Source: Thermoproteota archaeon
GTDB lineage: Archaea > Thermoproteota > Nitrososphaeria_A > Caldarchaeales > Calditenuaceae
NCBI GenBank assembly: GCA_030550155.1
Contig: JAUQPZ010000001.1
Location: 974 to 64,973, forward strand
Length of the DNA: 64,000 nt
Direction of reading: 5' to 3'
Below are positions 8,195 through 18,018 of the stretch, piece by piece. The position numbers and the translations under genes were made by a program. The first letter of the stretch is position 1. Each line of letters opens with the position of its first letter. The notes under the pieces were generated by a model. That model was not told the DNA's origin and ran no database searches. It was given only the letters and a program-made list of their open reading frames with translations.

Positions 8195-9134
8195 GTTAGT
8201 AACGATGGGTGAAGCCCTCATACAGCTTAATGCCTTGTCCAAAGGGCCCCTTAGACATGCCTACCTTTTTGAAAGACACGTCGCGGGATCAGAAGCTAAC
8301 GTGGCCGTCTGCGTAAGCAGGCTTGGAAGAAGCTCAGCCTTTGTCGGCAGAGTCGGGGACGACGAGTTTGGGAGATGCATCGCTTCATGGCTCAGGGGCG
8401 AAGGTGTAGATGTCAGGTGGCTTAGGATCGACCCAGAGGCTCCGACCGGCATCTATTTTGTTCAGAGAGGATACCCTTTCCCCTCAAGGAGCAGCATGAT
8501 ATATTATAGGCGAGGCTCGGCGGGCAGCAGGCTCTCTATAGAGGACTTCGACAGGACAACCTTCCAAAACTCAAGAATCCTCCACCTATCCGGTATAACG
8601 CCTGCACTTAGCTCTTCAGCAAGAGAGGCTTGCACCAAAGCCATAGAGCTTGTTAAGGATTCTGGAGCCCTCCTATCCATCGACACAAACATCAGGCCTG
8701 TTCTCTGGCCCAGCCTAGAAGAGGCTACGAGGGTTTTGATGCCGATGGTGGAGAAGGCTGACATAGTATTTACAGACCCTGCCGACTCGGAGATTCTGAT
8801 AGGCGAGACCGACCCCGACAAGATCTTGGAGGTGTACAAGAGTCTCGGTGTCGGGACTGTGGTAGTTAAGCTTGGCGAGAGAGGCGCGGTGGCCAGCTCT
8901 GGAAGTGAGAAGGCCAAAGCAGAGGCCATAGAGGTAACTGTCGAGGACGCGATAGGTGCAGGCGACGCGCTGGCAGGGACATTCCTTGCCTGCCAGCTCG
9001 CGGGTCGAAGCCTCTTCGAGTCCCTTAGAAGGGCTACACTCGTCGGCTCTCTCGTAACCACGGTCAGGGGAGACCAAGAGATGCTGCCAACACTGAAAGA
9101 CCTCGAAATAATCTATCGATACTACTATCCCTGA
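8187..9134 (+). CDS. kdgK: PfkB-family sugar kinase, likely 2-keto-3-deoxygluconate kinase
   Basis: 315 aa. VTMGEALIQL, GSEANVAV and the C-terminal AIGAGDALAGTF (PfkB anion-hole motif). Coupled to the aldolase gene. Confidence 0.75.
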   Translation: MAELVTMGEALIQLNALSKGPLRHAYLFERHVAGSEANVAVCVSRLGRSSAFVGRVGDDEFGRCIASWLRGEGVDVRWLRIDPEAPTGIYFVQRGYPFPSRSSMIYYRRGSAGSRLSIEDFDRTTFQNSRILHLSGITPALSSSAREACTKAIELVKDSGALLSIDTNIRPVLWPSLEEATRVLMPMVEKADIVFTDPADSEILIGETDPDKILEVYKSLGVGTVVVKLGERGAVASSGSEKAKAEAIEVTVEDAIGAGDALAGTFLACQLAGRSLFESLRRATLVGSLVTTVRGDQEMLPTLKDLEIIYRYYYP

Positions 9135-9190
9135 GGCGGGAATGTCCTCACCTAGCTAAAATAGCACAATAGCGCGGAGTAAAGTAGGAT

Positions 9191-10603
9191 ATGCCGCTAA
9201 TCACGGAGATTTTAGCCGAGGCCTCCACGCTAGTCGAGCCCGATGAACGTGAGAGAAGACTTGTCTCCGAGACGGCTAAAAGGCTCCTCTCAGTCTGCAG
9301 GGACGAGTTCCAGCAACTGGAAGGAGTCGTAGACATCTCTGTTGAGGGCTCAGTTGCAAAGGACACGTGGGTAAAGGGTAAGGCCGAGGTTGACATTTTC
9401 ATCCACTTCAAACCGGAGGTAGGCCGCCAAGGTCTTGAGGCTGCGGTGCTGAGTGCGGGAGGCCGAGTAATAGAGAGGCTCTCGGGTAGGCATTGGCTGA
9501 GATATGCCAGCCACCCATACGTGGAGGGAGAGGTCTCAGGTATAAGGGTCAACATTGTGGGCTGTTTTAAGGCTGAGCCGGGACGCTGGATAAGCGCGGT
9601 CGACAGAACACCTTACCACACGGCCTTCGTTAACTCGAGGCTAACGCCGGAGTTGAGACGAGATATACGCCTCTTCAAGGGATTCCTCATCGGGTGCGGG
9701 CTTTACGGAGCAGAGATAAGGGTTGAGGGGTTTAGCGGCTACCTCTCAGAGCTTCTTGTCCTGAGCCATGGAGGTTTCCTAGAGACAGTAAGGAGGGCTT
9801 CGAGCTGGCGTATGCCGGTCTTCATAGACATGGCAGGGCGCCTTAGACTGGAAGAGGCTCTCAAGCTCTTTCCAAAAGCTCCCCTGATCTTCAACGACCC
9901 CGTTGACCCCTCAAGAAACGTTGCTGCGGCGGTTAGCGAGAGTAAACTCGCAGAGTTCATACTTGCCTGTAAGATCTTCAACTCCTCACCCTCCTTGAGT
10001 TTCTTCCAACCTCCGAAGCCGTGGGGAAAAGAGTTGGCCGCGGACGTAGGCTCCCGAAACCTTTTAGGAATAGCGTTCACGGTTGAAAGGCGACAGCCGC
10101 CCGACATCCTCTGGGGAGAGATCAAGCATACTTTGAGGGGATTTGCGAGAAGGCTTGAGAAGGAGGGGTTCCAAGTATACCGATGTGACGCTTGGCAGCT
10201 CAGCGATGAGGTGGTTTTGCTCTATGAGCTTTCAAGCCTCTCACTTCCCGAGAATGTCCTAAAGGTCGGACCGCCTGTCTGGATGGATAACTCCCTCGAA
10301 TTTATCGAGAAGACCATGAGCCGTCCCAACCGCGTCGCCGGACCTTGGGTGGAGGGAGAGAGGCTTTACTCGATTGTTAGAAGAGACGAGTCAAGCGCTG
10401 AGCAGCTGCTAAGGTCGTGGATTAAGAGGCGTGAAGTCGCAATCTCTAAGGAGTTGCTGAACAGTGTTGAGAGAGGAGAGATCTTGACTAGCAGGACAGG
10501 CCTGGTAGAGAGGTTGAGCCGCGATAAGGGGCACGAGGCGCTGCTGAGAGAGTTTTTAGAGGGAATCGCGACTCCTATAAGACATTGGATAAAGCGATGC
10601 TGA
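9191..10603 (+). CDS. cca: archaeal class I CCA-adding enzyme (tRNA nucleotidyltransferase)
   Basis: 470 aa. EGSVAKDTWVKGKAEVDIFIHF (nucleotidyltransferase motif) and AVDRTPYHTAFV are typical of archaeal CCA enzymes. Both tRNA genes in the window lack an encoded CCA. Confidence 0.9.
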   Translation: MPLITEILAEASTLVEPDERERRLVSETAKRLLSVCRDEFQQLEGVVDISVEGSVAKDTWVKGKAEVDIFIHFKPEVGRQGLEAAVLSAGGRVIERLSGRHWLRYASHPYVEGEVSGIRVNIVGCFKAEPGRWISAVDRTPYHTAFVNSRLTPELRRDIRLFKGFLIGCGLYGAEIRVEGFSGYLSELLVLSHGGFLETVRRASSWRMPVFIDMAGRLRLEEALKLFPKAPLIFNDPVDPSRNVAAAVSESKLAEFILACKIFNSSPSLSFFQPPKPWGKELAADVGSRNLLGIAFTVERRQPPDILWGEIKHTLRGFARRLEKEGFQVYRCDAWQLSDEVVLLYELSSLSLPENVLKVGPPVWMDNSLEFIEKTMSRPNRVAGPWVEGERLYSIVRRDESSAEQLLRSWIKRREVAISKELLNSVERGEILTSRTGLVERLSRDKGHEALLREFLEGIATPIRHWIKRC

Positions 10604-11340
10604 AAGTAGCGCCAGTCGAACTAGTTAGGCGCGAGGCAGACCTACTTCTCCAGCTGTCTTACCCCAAGCCTGACCAAAGCTACGCCGAGTCAACCCTGAG
10701 CTGCATCGAAGAACTTGGAGTTGAAGGGGTCGAGCTCGCAAAGGAGGGGCGGCTGAGAATTCTTGGAAAAGGGTTTAGGAATATCGTGGTTTGCGGCCTG
10801 ATGCGTAGAGAGAGGGTTGCGATAAAGGTGAGGAGGCAGGACTATGGGCACAAGGATGCATGGAGGGAGGCATATATGCTTGAGAGGGCCAACAGCCTAG
10901 GCATCGGGCCGAGGCTTCTCGGTCAGAAGGGGCAGGTGATCGTCATGAGCCTAGTTGAGGGGACAGATCTCACGAGTTGGCTGCTCACGTATAACCCTTC
11001 TAGGGAGGCTGCGATAAAGGTTCTGATCGAGATGGCTACTCAGTGCCATAGACTAGATGAGGCCATGATAGACCACGGAGAGCTGAGTGATGCAAGCAAA
11101 CACGTAATTCTCTCCCAGAATCACCCCACCATAATAGACTTTGGCTCGGCCTCCTTTTCAACGCGCCCCAAGAATTTGACCTCGATAATCAACTATATCT
11201 ACTCGGCTCAGCTTGAGATGGTCAGACAGAGACTCGGCCTCGCTAAGGTAGGCTTCGAGCTCTTGAGACGATATAAGGAGGCTTTTTCAAGTGAGGATTT
11301 CTTGGAGATTCTAACCGAGATGGGGCTACTTGGGAAGTGA
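10585..11340 (+). CDS. atypical small Ser/Thr protein-kinase-like protein (RIO/COG2112-like)
   Basis: 251 aa. VAIKVRRQD (VAIK Lys), HGELSDASKHVIL (catalytic-loop-like) and IIDFGSAS (DFG). Overlaps cca by 19 nt. Confidence 0.6.
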   Translation: MDKAMLKVAPVELVRREADLLLQLSYPKPDQSYAESTLSCIEELGVEGVELAKEGRLRILGKGFRNIVVCGLMRRERVAIKVRRQDYGHKDAWREAYMLERANSLGIGPRLLGQKGQVIVMSLVEGTDLTSWLLTYNPSREAAIKVLIEMATQCHRLDEAMIDHGELSDASKHVILSQNHPTIIDFGSASFSTRPKNLTSIINYIYSAQLEMVRQRLGLAKVGFELLRRYKEAFSSEDFLEILTEMGLLGK

Positions 11341-11414
11341 GACCATGTTTCTGAAGAATCATAATTAAATAGGGCGGGTGGGAGATTAGACGTGCCGAGG
11401 TGCCATAATTTATT

Positions 11415-12332
11415 GTGTATAGGGTGCTGGGGAAAAGGGCACTTTCCACCGTCATTGAGGCGGTTGGAAACACGCCTCTAGTCGATATCACGGAGCCCCT
11501 ATCCATAACCAACGGCTCCCGGGTCCTAGTCAAGCTGGAGTTTTTCAACCCTAGCGGCTCCGTAAAGGACAGACCAGCCCTTTATATTGTTAGAGACGCC
11601 ATACAGAGAGGAGACCTACGAGAGGGAATGGCTATACTCGACGCCTCCTCTGGCAACATGGCTGTGAGCCTGGCTCTGATGGCCGCATGCTATGGATTCG
11701 GTGTGAAGATAGTTGTTCCAAAAAACATAAGCCAAGAAAAGATTGGGCTGCTCAGGCTCCTCGGGGCTGAGATTGTCTTTACAGACCCTCTCGAAGGGAT
11801 AGACGGCGCGATCATGGAGGCGAGAAGAATTTTGGAGAGGGAGCCCGAGAAATATTACTACTCTAACCAGTATGATAATCCTTCAAATGTTAGAGCTCAC
11901 TACGAGACGACGGGTCCTGAGGTCATCAGCCAGACAGATGGAAAGGTGACACACTTCGTCGCTGGTGTGGGGACTTCGGGGACATTGATGGGGGCGGGGA
12001 GGAGGCTTAGGGAGTTCAACTCCTCGATAGAGCTCGTTGAGGTTCAGCCCGACTCACCACTACATGGTATTGAGGGGCTCAAGCACATGACCAGCGCCAT
12101 AAGGCCCAAGATCTATGACCCAGGCTTCGCGGACAGGCTTATCCAAGTATCCACAGAGACCGCCTATAGGTATTCTCGTCTACTCGCTTCACGCGCAGGC
12201 ATCCTCGCAGGAATATCAGGGGGAGCCAACGTTGCGGCTGCCCTTAAGGTAGCTCAAGAGAGGGGGGACTCTGTCGTGGTAACTCTTATCCCGGACGGAG
12301 CAGCGAGATACATAGACCTCCTGGTGAGCTGA
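11415..12332 (+). CDS. cysteine synthase / O-phosphoserine sulfhydrylase (PLP fold type II)
   Basis: 305 aa. GNTPLV, NPSGSVKDRPAL (PLP lysine), SSGNMAVSLA and GVGTSGTLMG. Confidence 0.85.
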   Translation: MYRVLGKRALSTVIEAVGNTPLVDITEPLSITNGSRVLVKLEFFNPSGSVKDRPALYIVRDAIQRGDLREGMAILDASSGNMAVSLALMAACYGFGVKIVVPKNISQEKIGLLRLLGAEIVFTDPLEGIDGAIMEARRILEREPEKYYYSNQYDNPSNVRAHYETTGPEVISQTDGKVTHFVAGVGTSGTLMGAGRRLREFNSSIELVEVQPDSPLHGIEGLKHMTSAIRPKIYDPGFADRLIQVSTETAYRYSRLLASRAGILAGISGGANVAAALKVAQERGDSVVVTLIPDGAARYIDLLVS

Positions 12333-12372
12333 GAACGGTTTATAAGAGTAGGCGCGGTCTCTTAAAACGGTA

Positions 12373-13080
12373 TTGAGCCTAAAAGAGTCCATCGTTGTCT
12401 ATGAAGAGGGGATGGAGAACTTCAAGGTTAAGGACGCTTCTCTTATCGAAGGGCTACCAGGTATCGGGCTTGTCTCCAAGATAAGCATCGCTTACATCCT
12501 AGGCAAAATAAATGCGAGGAAAATTTGCAGAATTTATTCCCCACATTTCCTCTCATTCGGCTTCATAGCCGATGGTAAGCTCCTTCCCCACTTTCTCGAC
12601 ATATACGCTTCGGAGAAGCCTGCCCCCACAGTCATTGTCTATGGAACCTCACAACCCGCAACAAGTTACGGCCAATACGAGCTCTGCGGAAAGGTCTTAG
12701 AGATAGGGGTCCAACACGGTGCAAGGCGTGTATTTACCCTCGGCGGGTTGGGGGGGAAGGAGAACATCTCTCAGAGAAGGAGAATTTACTGCTCCTCCAC
12801 CGATAGGGCCTATCTCCAGAAATACATGCAGCTTGTAGACGGAGAGGTCTATGGTGGGCAGATAGTAGGTGCGGCGGGGATAATGATGGTGGTCGCGGGT
12901 CAGATGGGTCTGGAGAACATGGGCATGCTTATCGAGATCGGGAACTCTGTCCCTGACTACTATGCTGCTAAGAGAGGGGTCGAGGCTCTCTCGAACCTCT
13001 GCTCTCTCGGCTTAGGTGAAGTGGAGATAAGCGAGCTAATCACAGTCTCAAGCAGAGCGATAGCTAAGCTCGAATCCTAG
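12373..13080 (+). CDS. PAC2-family protein (proteasome assembly chaperone-like, COG1938)
   Basis: 235 aa. The N-terminal IEGLPGIGLVSKISIAYIL is the characteristic PAC2 start. A paralog lies at 57293..58057. Confidence 0.7.
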   Translation: MSLKESIVVYEEGMENFKVKDASLIEGLPGIGLVSKISIAYILGKINARKICRIYSPHFLSFGFIADGKLLPHFLDIYASEKPAPTVIVYGTSQPATSYGQYELCGKVLEIGVQHGARRVFTLGGLGGKENISQRRRIYCSSTDRAYLQKYMQLVDGEVYGGQIVGAAGIMMVVAGQMGLENMGMLIEIGNSVPDYYAAKRGVEALSNLCSLGLGEVEISELITVSSRAIAKLES

Positions 13081-13082
13081 AT

Positions 13083-13505
13083 TCAGCCAGCCTCCCTCTT
13101 CCACTCCTCCCAGATTCGCTGAATCCTCTCAGCGGCGGGTCCAGTACCCTCCACAACACCGTCTTTCGTAACCCTGATACGGTCCATCACCACGATAACG
13201 CCAGCCTCACGGATATAGCGCGCCATATTTGGGAAGAGGCCGTTAATCCTGTCAAAGAGCGAGGTCAAGTCAGGGCCGGCCTCAGCCACCTCTATCACAG
13301 AGATGCTGTGGCCCGAGACGAAGAGCCTTGAGACATTCTTCCCATCATCGAGGGTTGCATCGGCTAGCCAGAGGCTATAGTCATTAGGGTTATATGCGGT
13401 GAGCCTTCCCGTAACCCTTCTCCCATTCGTCATATAAATCGTAACAACTTTTTCCAGCATAGCAGCAAACTCTTCTCCGAACCTCCGAGAGGCAAGCGCG
13501 GCCAT
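13083..13505 (-). CDS. Sm-like archaeal protein with C-terminal extension (SmAP3-like)
   Basis: 140 aa. Sm fold signature VTIYMTNGRRVTGRLTAYNPNDYSLWLADA..RLFVSGHSISVIEV followed by an extra domain of about 70 aa. Confidence 0.7.
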   Translation of the reverse strand: MAALASRRFGEEFAAMLEKVVTIYMTNGRRVTGRLTAYNPNDYSLWLADATLDDGKNVSRLFVSGHSISVIEVAEAGPDLTSLFDRINGLFPNMARYIREAGVIVVMDRIRVTKDGVVEGTGPAAERIQRIWEEWKREAG

Positions 13506-13549
13506 AAAAATACCCTGAGAGAAATCAAGTCAATACCAGCATTTAAAGA

Positions 13550-14248
13550 CTATCCAGCACTACCACCGGGGCCCGGAAGGAGGACGGACTCCAGCATACA
13601 GAGTAGGCGGGAGGCTGCCACCCAGGCATCCAACCTGTAATCAGATATTCTTACCTCCATGTCGGCTATGGCTTTAACCTCTCCCGAAAAATCACCGTGG
13701 GGGAAACAGCCTATGACGTAACATACTGGGCGGCCCCCCTCAAGCAACTCTCTGATCCCGCCCAGCCTGTTTAATGGCTCACCCGTCTCCGAGAGGAGGA
13801 CAACGCTTCTCAAACCCCATCTCTCTCGCCAAGACCGCAGGTCTCCATCCTCGACGCGGAGGAGGACCTCACCTGACTCCGTCCTTATCTCCTTCTCGGC
13901 GAGAAGCTGCTCAATTAGGCTCTTGAATCTGTCATAGTTACGGGGCAGCCGGACGCTGGGGTTGACCTCGACCAGGTTCCCGGCCTGTGAGTGTATGTAT
14001 GTTCTAAGCTTGTCGGACTTGTTTAGTGGGGAGCCCAAGACCTCGAGGATTGTGAAGTGAAGTATGTCAGGGCGCCCCCTCCTTTCTGCGTCTCGTAAAC
14101 CTCTCATGGCCGCGTGGTGGTAGGAAGAGTCGAGAAGGGTTTTTCCCGGAGTCTTCCCCCTCTTCCTACAGTAATTCACTACGGCTGGATGCCTCCAGAT
14201 CTCCCTAGGTATCAGCTCCACTGCGCAGTCTGCCAAAAGCAAGACCAC
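13550..14248 (-). CDS. nep1: rRNA small-subunit pseudouridine methyltransferase Nep1 (EMG1)
   Basis: 232 aa. GRPDILHFTILEVLGSPLNK and the SPOUT-type C-terminus match Nep1. Confidence 0.85.
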   Translation of the reverse strand: MVLLLADCAVELIPREIWRHPAVVNYCRKRGKTPGKTLLDSSYHHAAMRGLRDAERRGRPDILHFTILEVLGSPLNKSDKLRTYIHSQAGNLVEVNPSVRLPRNYDRFKSLIEQLLAEKEIRTESGEVLLRVEDGDLRSWRERWGLRSVVLLSETGEPLNRLGGIRELLEGGRPVCYVIGCFPHGDFSGEVKAIADMEVRISDYRLDAWVAASRLLCMLESVLLPGPGGSAG

Positions 14249-14308
14249 ATGGTCGGCTGGCCGCAGAGGCCTAAAACACCCCGCGTGAAGGAGCCTTCGG
14301 GGATGGAT

Positions 14309-15274
14309 TCACTCTACTCTCGCAGCCTCTATGCGGTCTCGGGCAACTAGAGCAGCTCCGTGAAGCGGGGCCAAATCGCCGTGAACCGGCTTAACTATCT
14401 CGGGTTTGTCGAGGAGGAGATACCTGTCTATACGAGGAATAACCTCCCTGTTGAAGAACTCCTCGTTTCCTAAGTAGATCGCGCCTCCGAGCACGAGGAC
14501 CTCCGCATCAAAGGCGTTTATGACGCCGGCCAAACCTGCGGCATAATAGTCCCTCAATATCCCAAGCAAGTCCAAGGCTCCTGGGTCACCTGCATAGTAA
14601 AGTTCAAAGCATCTCTTAGCATCGAGCCTAGACTCTGTCAGCTCGCGCTCAAGCTCTGTTCCCCTCCTTATTCTCCCATCTCTGAGGAGCTTCGCTGCTA
14701 ACACAGGTATATTGGCGCCTGAGCAGTATGCCTCCCAGTGGCCATCTCCGCCGCAGCCACATTTCATATAGCCCTGGACATCGACGATGATATGCCCTAC
14801 TTCGGCACCGTTTCCCTGTTTACCGAGAATCAGGTGGCCATTATCTACCACTCCACCCCCTATGCCGCTGCTTATCGTTATGTAGATAAGGTTTCTAAAA
14901 CCTCTGTTCATCATGGCCCACCACTCGCCATAGGCTGCGGCATTACAGTCATTCAGATGGTAGTAGTCAACCTCCAGCTCTCTTCTGATGTGAGAGAGTA
15001 TGGGGATATCCACACCCTTCTCAGCGATGTTCGGAGCCTTCAAAATCACCCCCCTCTTCGAGTCGAGAGGCCCTATAGTTGCTACTCCGCACGCCTTGAT
15101 GGAGGACCATTGTTCGCCTGCAACTTCTTTGGAAAGCTCCACAAGCGCCCGCGGAACGTTTTCTTGGACATTTACCTGAGGAGTCTTTCCCATCTTAGCT
15201 CTGATAAGCCTACCATCCCCGCTAAATAACCCGGCACGCATATTAGTGGCTCCCACATCAATACCGAGAATCAA
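14309..15274 (-). CDS. ROK-family glucokinase/sugar kinase
   Basis: 321 aa. ILGIDVGATNMRAG (ATP-binding), GGGVV and the zinc motif CGCGGDGHWEAYCSG. Confidence 0.85.
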   Translation of the reverse strand: MILGIDVGATNMRAGLFSGDGRLIRAKMGKTPQVNVQENVPRALVELSKEVAGEQWSSIKACGVATIGPLDSKRGVILKAPNIAEKGVDIPILSHIRRELEVDYYHLNDCNAAAYGEWWAMMNRGFRNLIYITISSGIGGGVVDNGHLILGKQGNGAEVGHIIVDVQGYMKCGCGGDGHWEAYCSGANIPVLAAKLLRDGRIRRGTELERELTESRLDAKRCFELYYAGDPGALDLLGILRDYYAAGLAGVINAFDAEVLVLGGAIYLGNEEFFNREVIPRIDRYLLLDKPEIVKPVHGDLAPLHGAALVARDRIEAARVE

Positions 15275-15331
15275 ATATCCTCACCTCATAGACCTCCAAG
15301 ACTGTAAATAAAATTTAATCCAGACTCTGGG

Positions 15332-15718
15332 CTATCCACACTCAAACTCTATCGAGATTGTGAAAATGTGATCCCCTATACGGACAACAACGCTCTCGTT
15401 AAATGTCTCCAATCCCCGTGAAGCGAGCAGGCTCGCAAGGCTCGCTACAACGTCCCTCGGGAGAAAGGCGACTGCGGGCTCTGGGACCGCTGTTGAAAAC
15501 TCTCGACCAAACCGAGAAAGGGCGTCGACGCTTCTCTGCCCCTTCCTTATCGCATCTTCAACAGCCGGCTCCAGGCCATAGAGTCGGACCTCCTCCCAAC
15601 TCAACTCCGTTTTCGGCGAAAGGTCTGGCGCAAGCCCTATCTTGACGCGCACCCTCTCAGGTAGGGAGGCAAGGTATCGCTCAGTCGACACCGCCTTACC
15701 ACCATCACTCCCCCTCAA
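15332..15718 (-). CDS. hypothetical protein
   Basis: 128-aa ORF in an otherwise uncovered interval. No recognisable motif. It has normal-looking composition, unlike the antisense ORF 15403..15645. Confidence 0.45.
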   Translation of the reverse strand: MRGSDGGKAVSTERYLASLPERVRVKIGLAPDLSPKTELSWEEVRLYGLEPAVEDAIRKGQRSVDALSRFGREFSTAVPEPAVAFLPRDVVASLASLLASRGLETFNESVVVRIGDHIFTISIEFECG

Positions 15719-15731
15719 TAGGTTTTCCTTC

Positions 15732-16409
15732 TTGGTTAGGTCCCGTGTAATTGAGATATGGTTAAGTCAGGCCACGCCGGCGTTTACAACCGTAAGTTTG
15801 GAGAGAGAGTTGCCGCCGGGTCAACGCTATGTGAGGGGATTCATAATCTATGCCGCGCTAGGAATACCTAACGTAAACATCGACGGATACCGCTTCAAGC
15901 TGTCGGGGCTGGTTGAGAGAGAGCTCGAATACACCTATCATGAATTGATGAATAGCTTACCTCACATAAGCTACGTGACGGATTTCCACTGCGTGACCAA
16001 GTGGTCTGTCAAGGATGTGCAGTGGGAGGGCGTCCCTATAAAGTGGCTAGCTCAGCAAGCAGGGGTGAAGAATGAGGCCTCCTGGGCCTTTTTCCACTGT
16101 ATCGACGGATACATGGCGCCTGTCCCTATAGAAGACGCTCTCTCAGAGAGGGCAATTGTGGCCCTGAAGATGAATGGCGCACCCATCAGCCCAGAGAACG
16201 GTTTTCCATGCCGAGCATTCATTCCCCACCTTTATGGCTGGAAGTCCGCAAAACATCTCTGTGAGATAGAATTTTCCGATAAATATGTTGACGGGTTCTG
16301 GGAGGTTTACGGTTATCATGAAAGAGGTAATGTATGGGGTGAGGAGAGGTTTAAAGGGGGTGCGGGCCGGCATCTGAGGAGAAGCCCTGTTCTGGGACAG
16401 AAGACTTAA
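15732..16409 (+). CDS. molybdopterin-binding oxidoreductase (sulfite oxidase/YedY-MsrP-like catalytic domain)
   Basis: FHCVTKWSVKDVQWEGVPIKWL, ALKMNGAPISPENGFPCRAFIPHLYGWKSAKHL. The ORF track starts at 15642, which would overlap the upstream gene by 77 nt. I chose the in-frame TTG at 15732, so the start is uncertain. Confidence 0.7.
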   Translation: MVRSRVIEIWLSQATPAFTTVSLERELPPGQRYVRGFIIYAALGIPNVNIDGYRFKLSGLVERELEYTYHELMNSLPHISYVTDFHCVTKWSVKDVQWEGVPIKWLAQQAGVKNEASWAFFHCIDGYMAPVPIEDALSERAIVALKMNGAPISPENGFPCRAFIPHLYGWKSAKHLCEIEFSDKYVDGFWEVYGYHERGNVWGEERFKGGAGRHLRRSPVLGQKT

Positions 16410-17216
16410 TCACAATCCTTCACTGTAAAGAAAGAGCTGCTCACACCCGAAAGACGGAACGAACACCTTCCTTACCCTAAACCGCTTCAAGAATCTTCCC
16501 GCAGAGTCCAGATGCTTCGCCAACCTCTGAGGGCCACCTGTCTGAGGAGAGGCGGGGCCGATATAACATGAGCATACTCCTCCACATCTCTCCGCCACAA
16601 ATCTATACAGAGAGTCAAGCTCTCCAGGGCCACCGAGCCAAGACTCCGTGAGGTCCAAGATTAGACCCCCAAACCTCCTTCTCTCCCTTTTGATGAAGTG
16701 GAAAGCGTTATCAAAATGAAGTCTCAGACGCCTATCTTCTAACGCCTTCTTAACTCCTGGAATATGCCTTCTGCATGCCTCAACGACAAGGGAGTCAATC
16801 TCCACAACCGTTACTCTCCTAACCCATGCATACTTTAAAAGTGCCTTGGCTGTCTGCCCACTCCCACCACCCAGGACAAGCACTTCGCCCACCCTCCTCT
16901 TCACAATAGGTCTGATAAGGGCTCTGTTGAAGATGTGGCAGTCAAACTCTGTGTGCTGCAGATTTCCATCAAGTAGAAGCATGATACCGTAAGCCTCATT
17001 CTCGATTATGTCTATTCTTTGATACTTGGACCGGCCTGAGTAAAGGACTCTATTAGCGTGGTAAACTACGTGAAGCCCAGGATATGGCTGATAGACAATA
17101 TATTCTTTCGGGTCGAAGCATATCCTAGACAAAACCAGAGAAAAAGGTGCAGAGATTAATATAATTGCATGTTTCGAGAAGGGTATAGGCGCTTCCAGAT
17201 TGAGACCACTATACAA
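16410..17216 (-). CDS. speE: spermidine synthase-like aminopropyltransferase
   Basis: 268 aa. YQRIDIIENEAYGIMLLLDGNLQHTE and VLVLGGGSGQTAKALLKY..VTVVEID. The canonical GGGDG is GGGSG here. The likely true start is the in-frame TTG at 17132, about 28 nt from the A+T box at 17155-17166. Confidence 0.7.
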   Translation of the reverse strand: MYSGLNLEAPIPFSKHAIILISAPFSLVLSRICFDPKEYIVYQPYPGLHVVYHANRVLYSGRSKYQRIDIIENEAYGIMLLLDGNLQHTEFDCHIFNRALIRPIVKRRVGEVLVLGGGSGQTAKALLKYAWVRRVTVVEIDSLVVEACRRHIPGVKKALEDRRLRLHFDNAFHFIKRERRRFGGLILDLTESWLGGPGELDSLYRFVAERCGGVCSCYIGPASPQTGGPQRLAKHLDSAGRFLKRFRVRKVFVPSFGCEQLFLYSEGL

Positions 17217-17979
17217 GGAGCTCGCCCCCTTCTACGAGGCCCTGGAAGAGAGAGACTACGAAGCTGAGCTTACCCTAATAGATACGGAGCTGAAAAGATA
17301 TGGCTGCAAGACTGTAATAGACCTGGGCTGCGGCACCGGACTGCATGTCAGAGAACTTGCAAAAAGAGGATACGAGGCCTGGGGGGTAGATATTTCATCA
17401 CACATGATAAGAACGGCGAAGAGGCTGGCTAGAGGAGTGGCCAAGGCAAAGTTCATAGTCGCGGACTACTATAGCTATAGAGCCCCGAAAAAGTTTGACT
17501 GTGCTCTCTGCCTTAACTGGTCCATCCCAGTAAATACACGAGACCTAGGCAGATTCTTCAAAAACACTGCAAGGCTCCTTAAACCAGGAGGCGTCCTACT
17601 CATCGACTATGAGAAACCCGACGACATTGTTTGGGAAGACGTCGGCAAGCCTGTCATCGATTACTGGGAATTTAAGGGCGGTAAAATTGTGCGCGTCTCT
17701 GTGGGTCAAATCAGAGAGAATGTTATGAGGAGCCGCGACGTTTACGTCGTGTTTGGCAGTTCACGCATGTTTATGCCTCCGAGTGAGAGGGAGAGATATC
17801 TCGGGCGGTGGGCTAGAGAAAACGTCACAGCATTCCTCGATGTGTCATACGTGAGATTCTACGATCCAGTGGAGATTGAGGGGGAGGCCTCTAGGCACGG
17901 GTTCAGGGTTGACAAAGTCCTGACCCTACCTAGGAAGAGGGGATACAAGAGGCTGTATAGCTCCTTAGTAAGAATTTGA
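17200..17979 (+). CDS. class I SAM-dependent methyltransferase
   Basis: 259 aa. Motif I VIDLGCGTGLHVRELAKRGYEAWGVDIS and post-I/II motifs (LKPGGVLLID). Confidence 0.8.
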   Translation: MRPLYKELAPFYEALEERDYEAELTLIDTELKRYGCKTVIDLGCGTGLHVRELAKRGYEAWGVDISSHMIRTAKRLARGVAKAKFIVADYYSYRAPKKFDCALCLNWSIPVNTRDLGRFFKNTARLLKPGGVLLIDYEKPDDIVWEDVGKPVIDYWEFKGGKIVRVSVGQIRENVMRSRDVYVVFGSSRMFMPPSERERYLGRWARENVTAFLDVSYVRFYDPVEIEGEASRHGFRVDKVLTLPRKRGYKRLYSSLVRI

Positions 17980-18018
17980 GGAAATAACCTTATATCACGT
18001 GCCACGCGTGAACTAACA

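Noticed and set aside
8261-9077. Minus-strand ORFs of 63, 185 and 120 aa antisense to the KDG kinase gene
   Set aside because: The translations are Ser/Pro/Ala/Thr-rich and low-complexity. The plus strand carries a full PfkB kinase with GAGDA motif.
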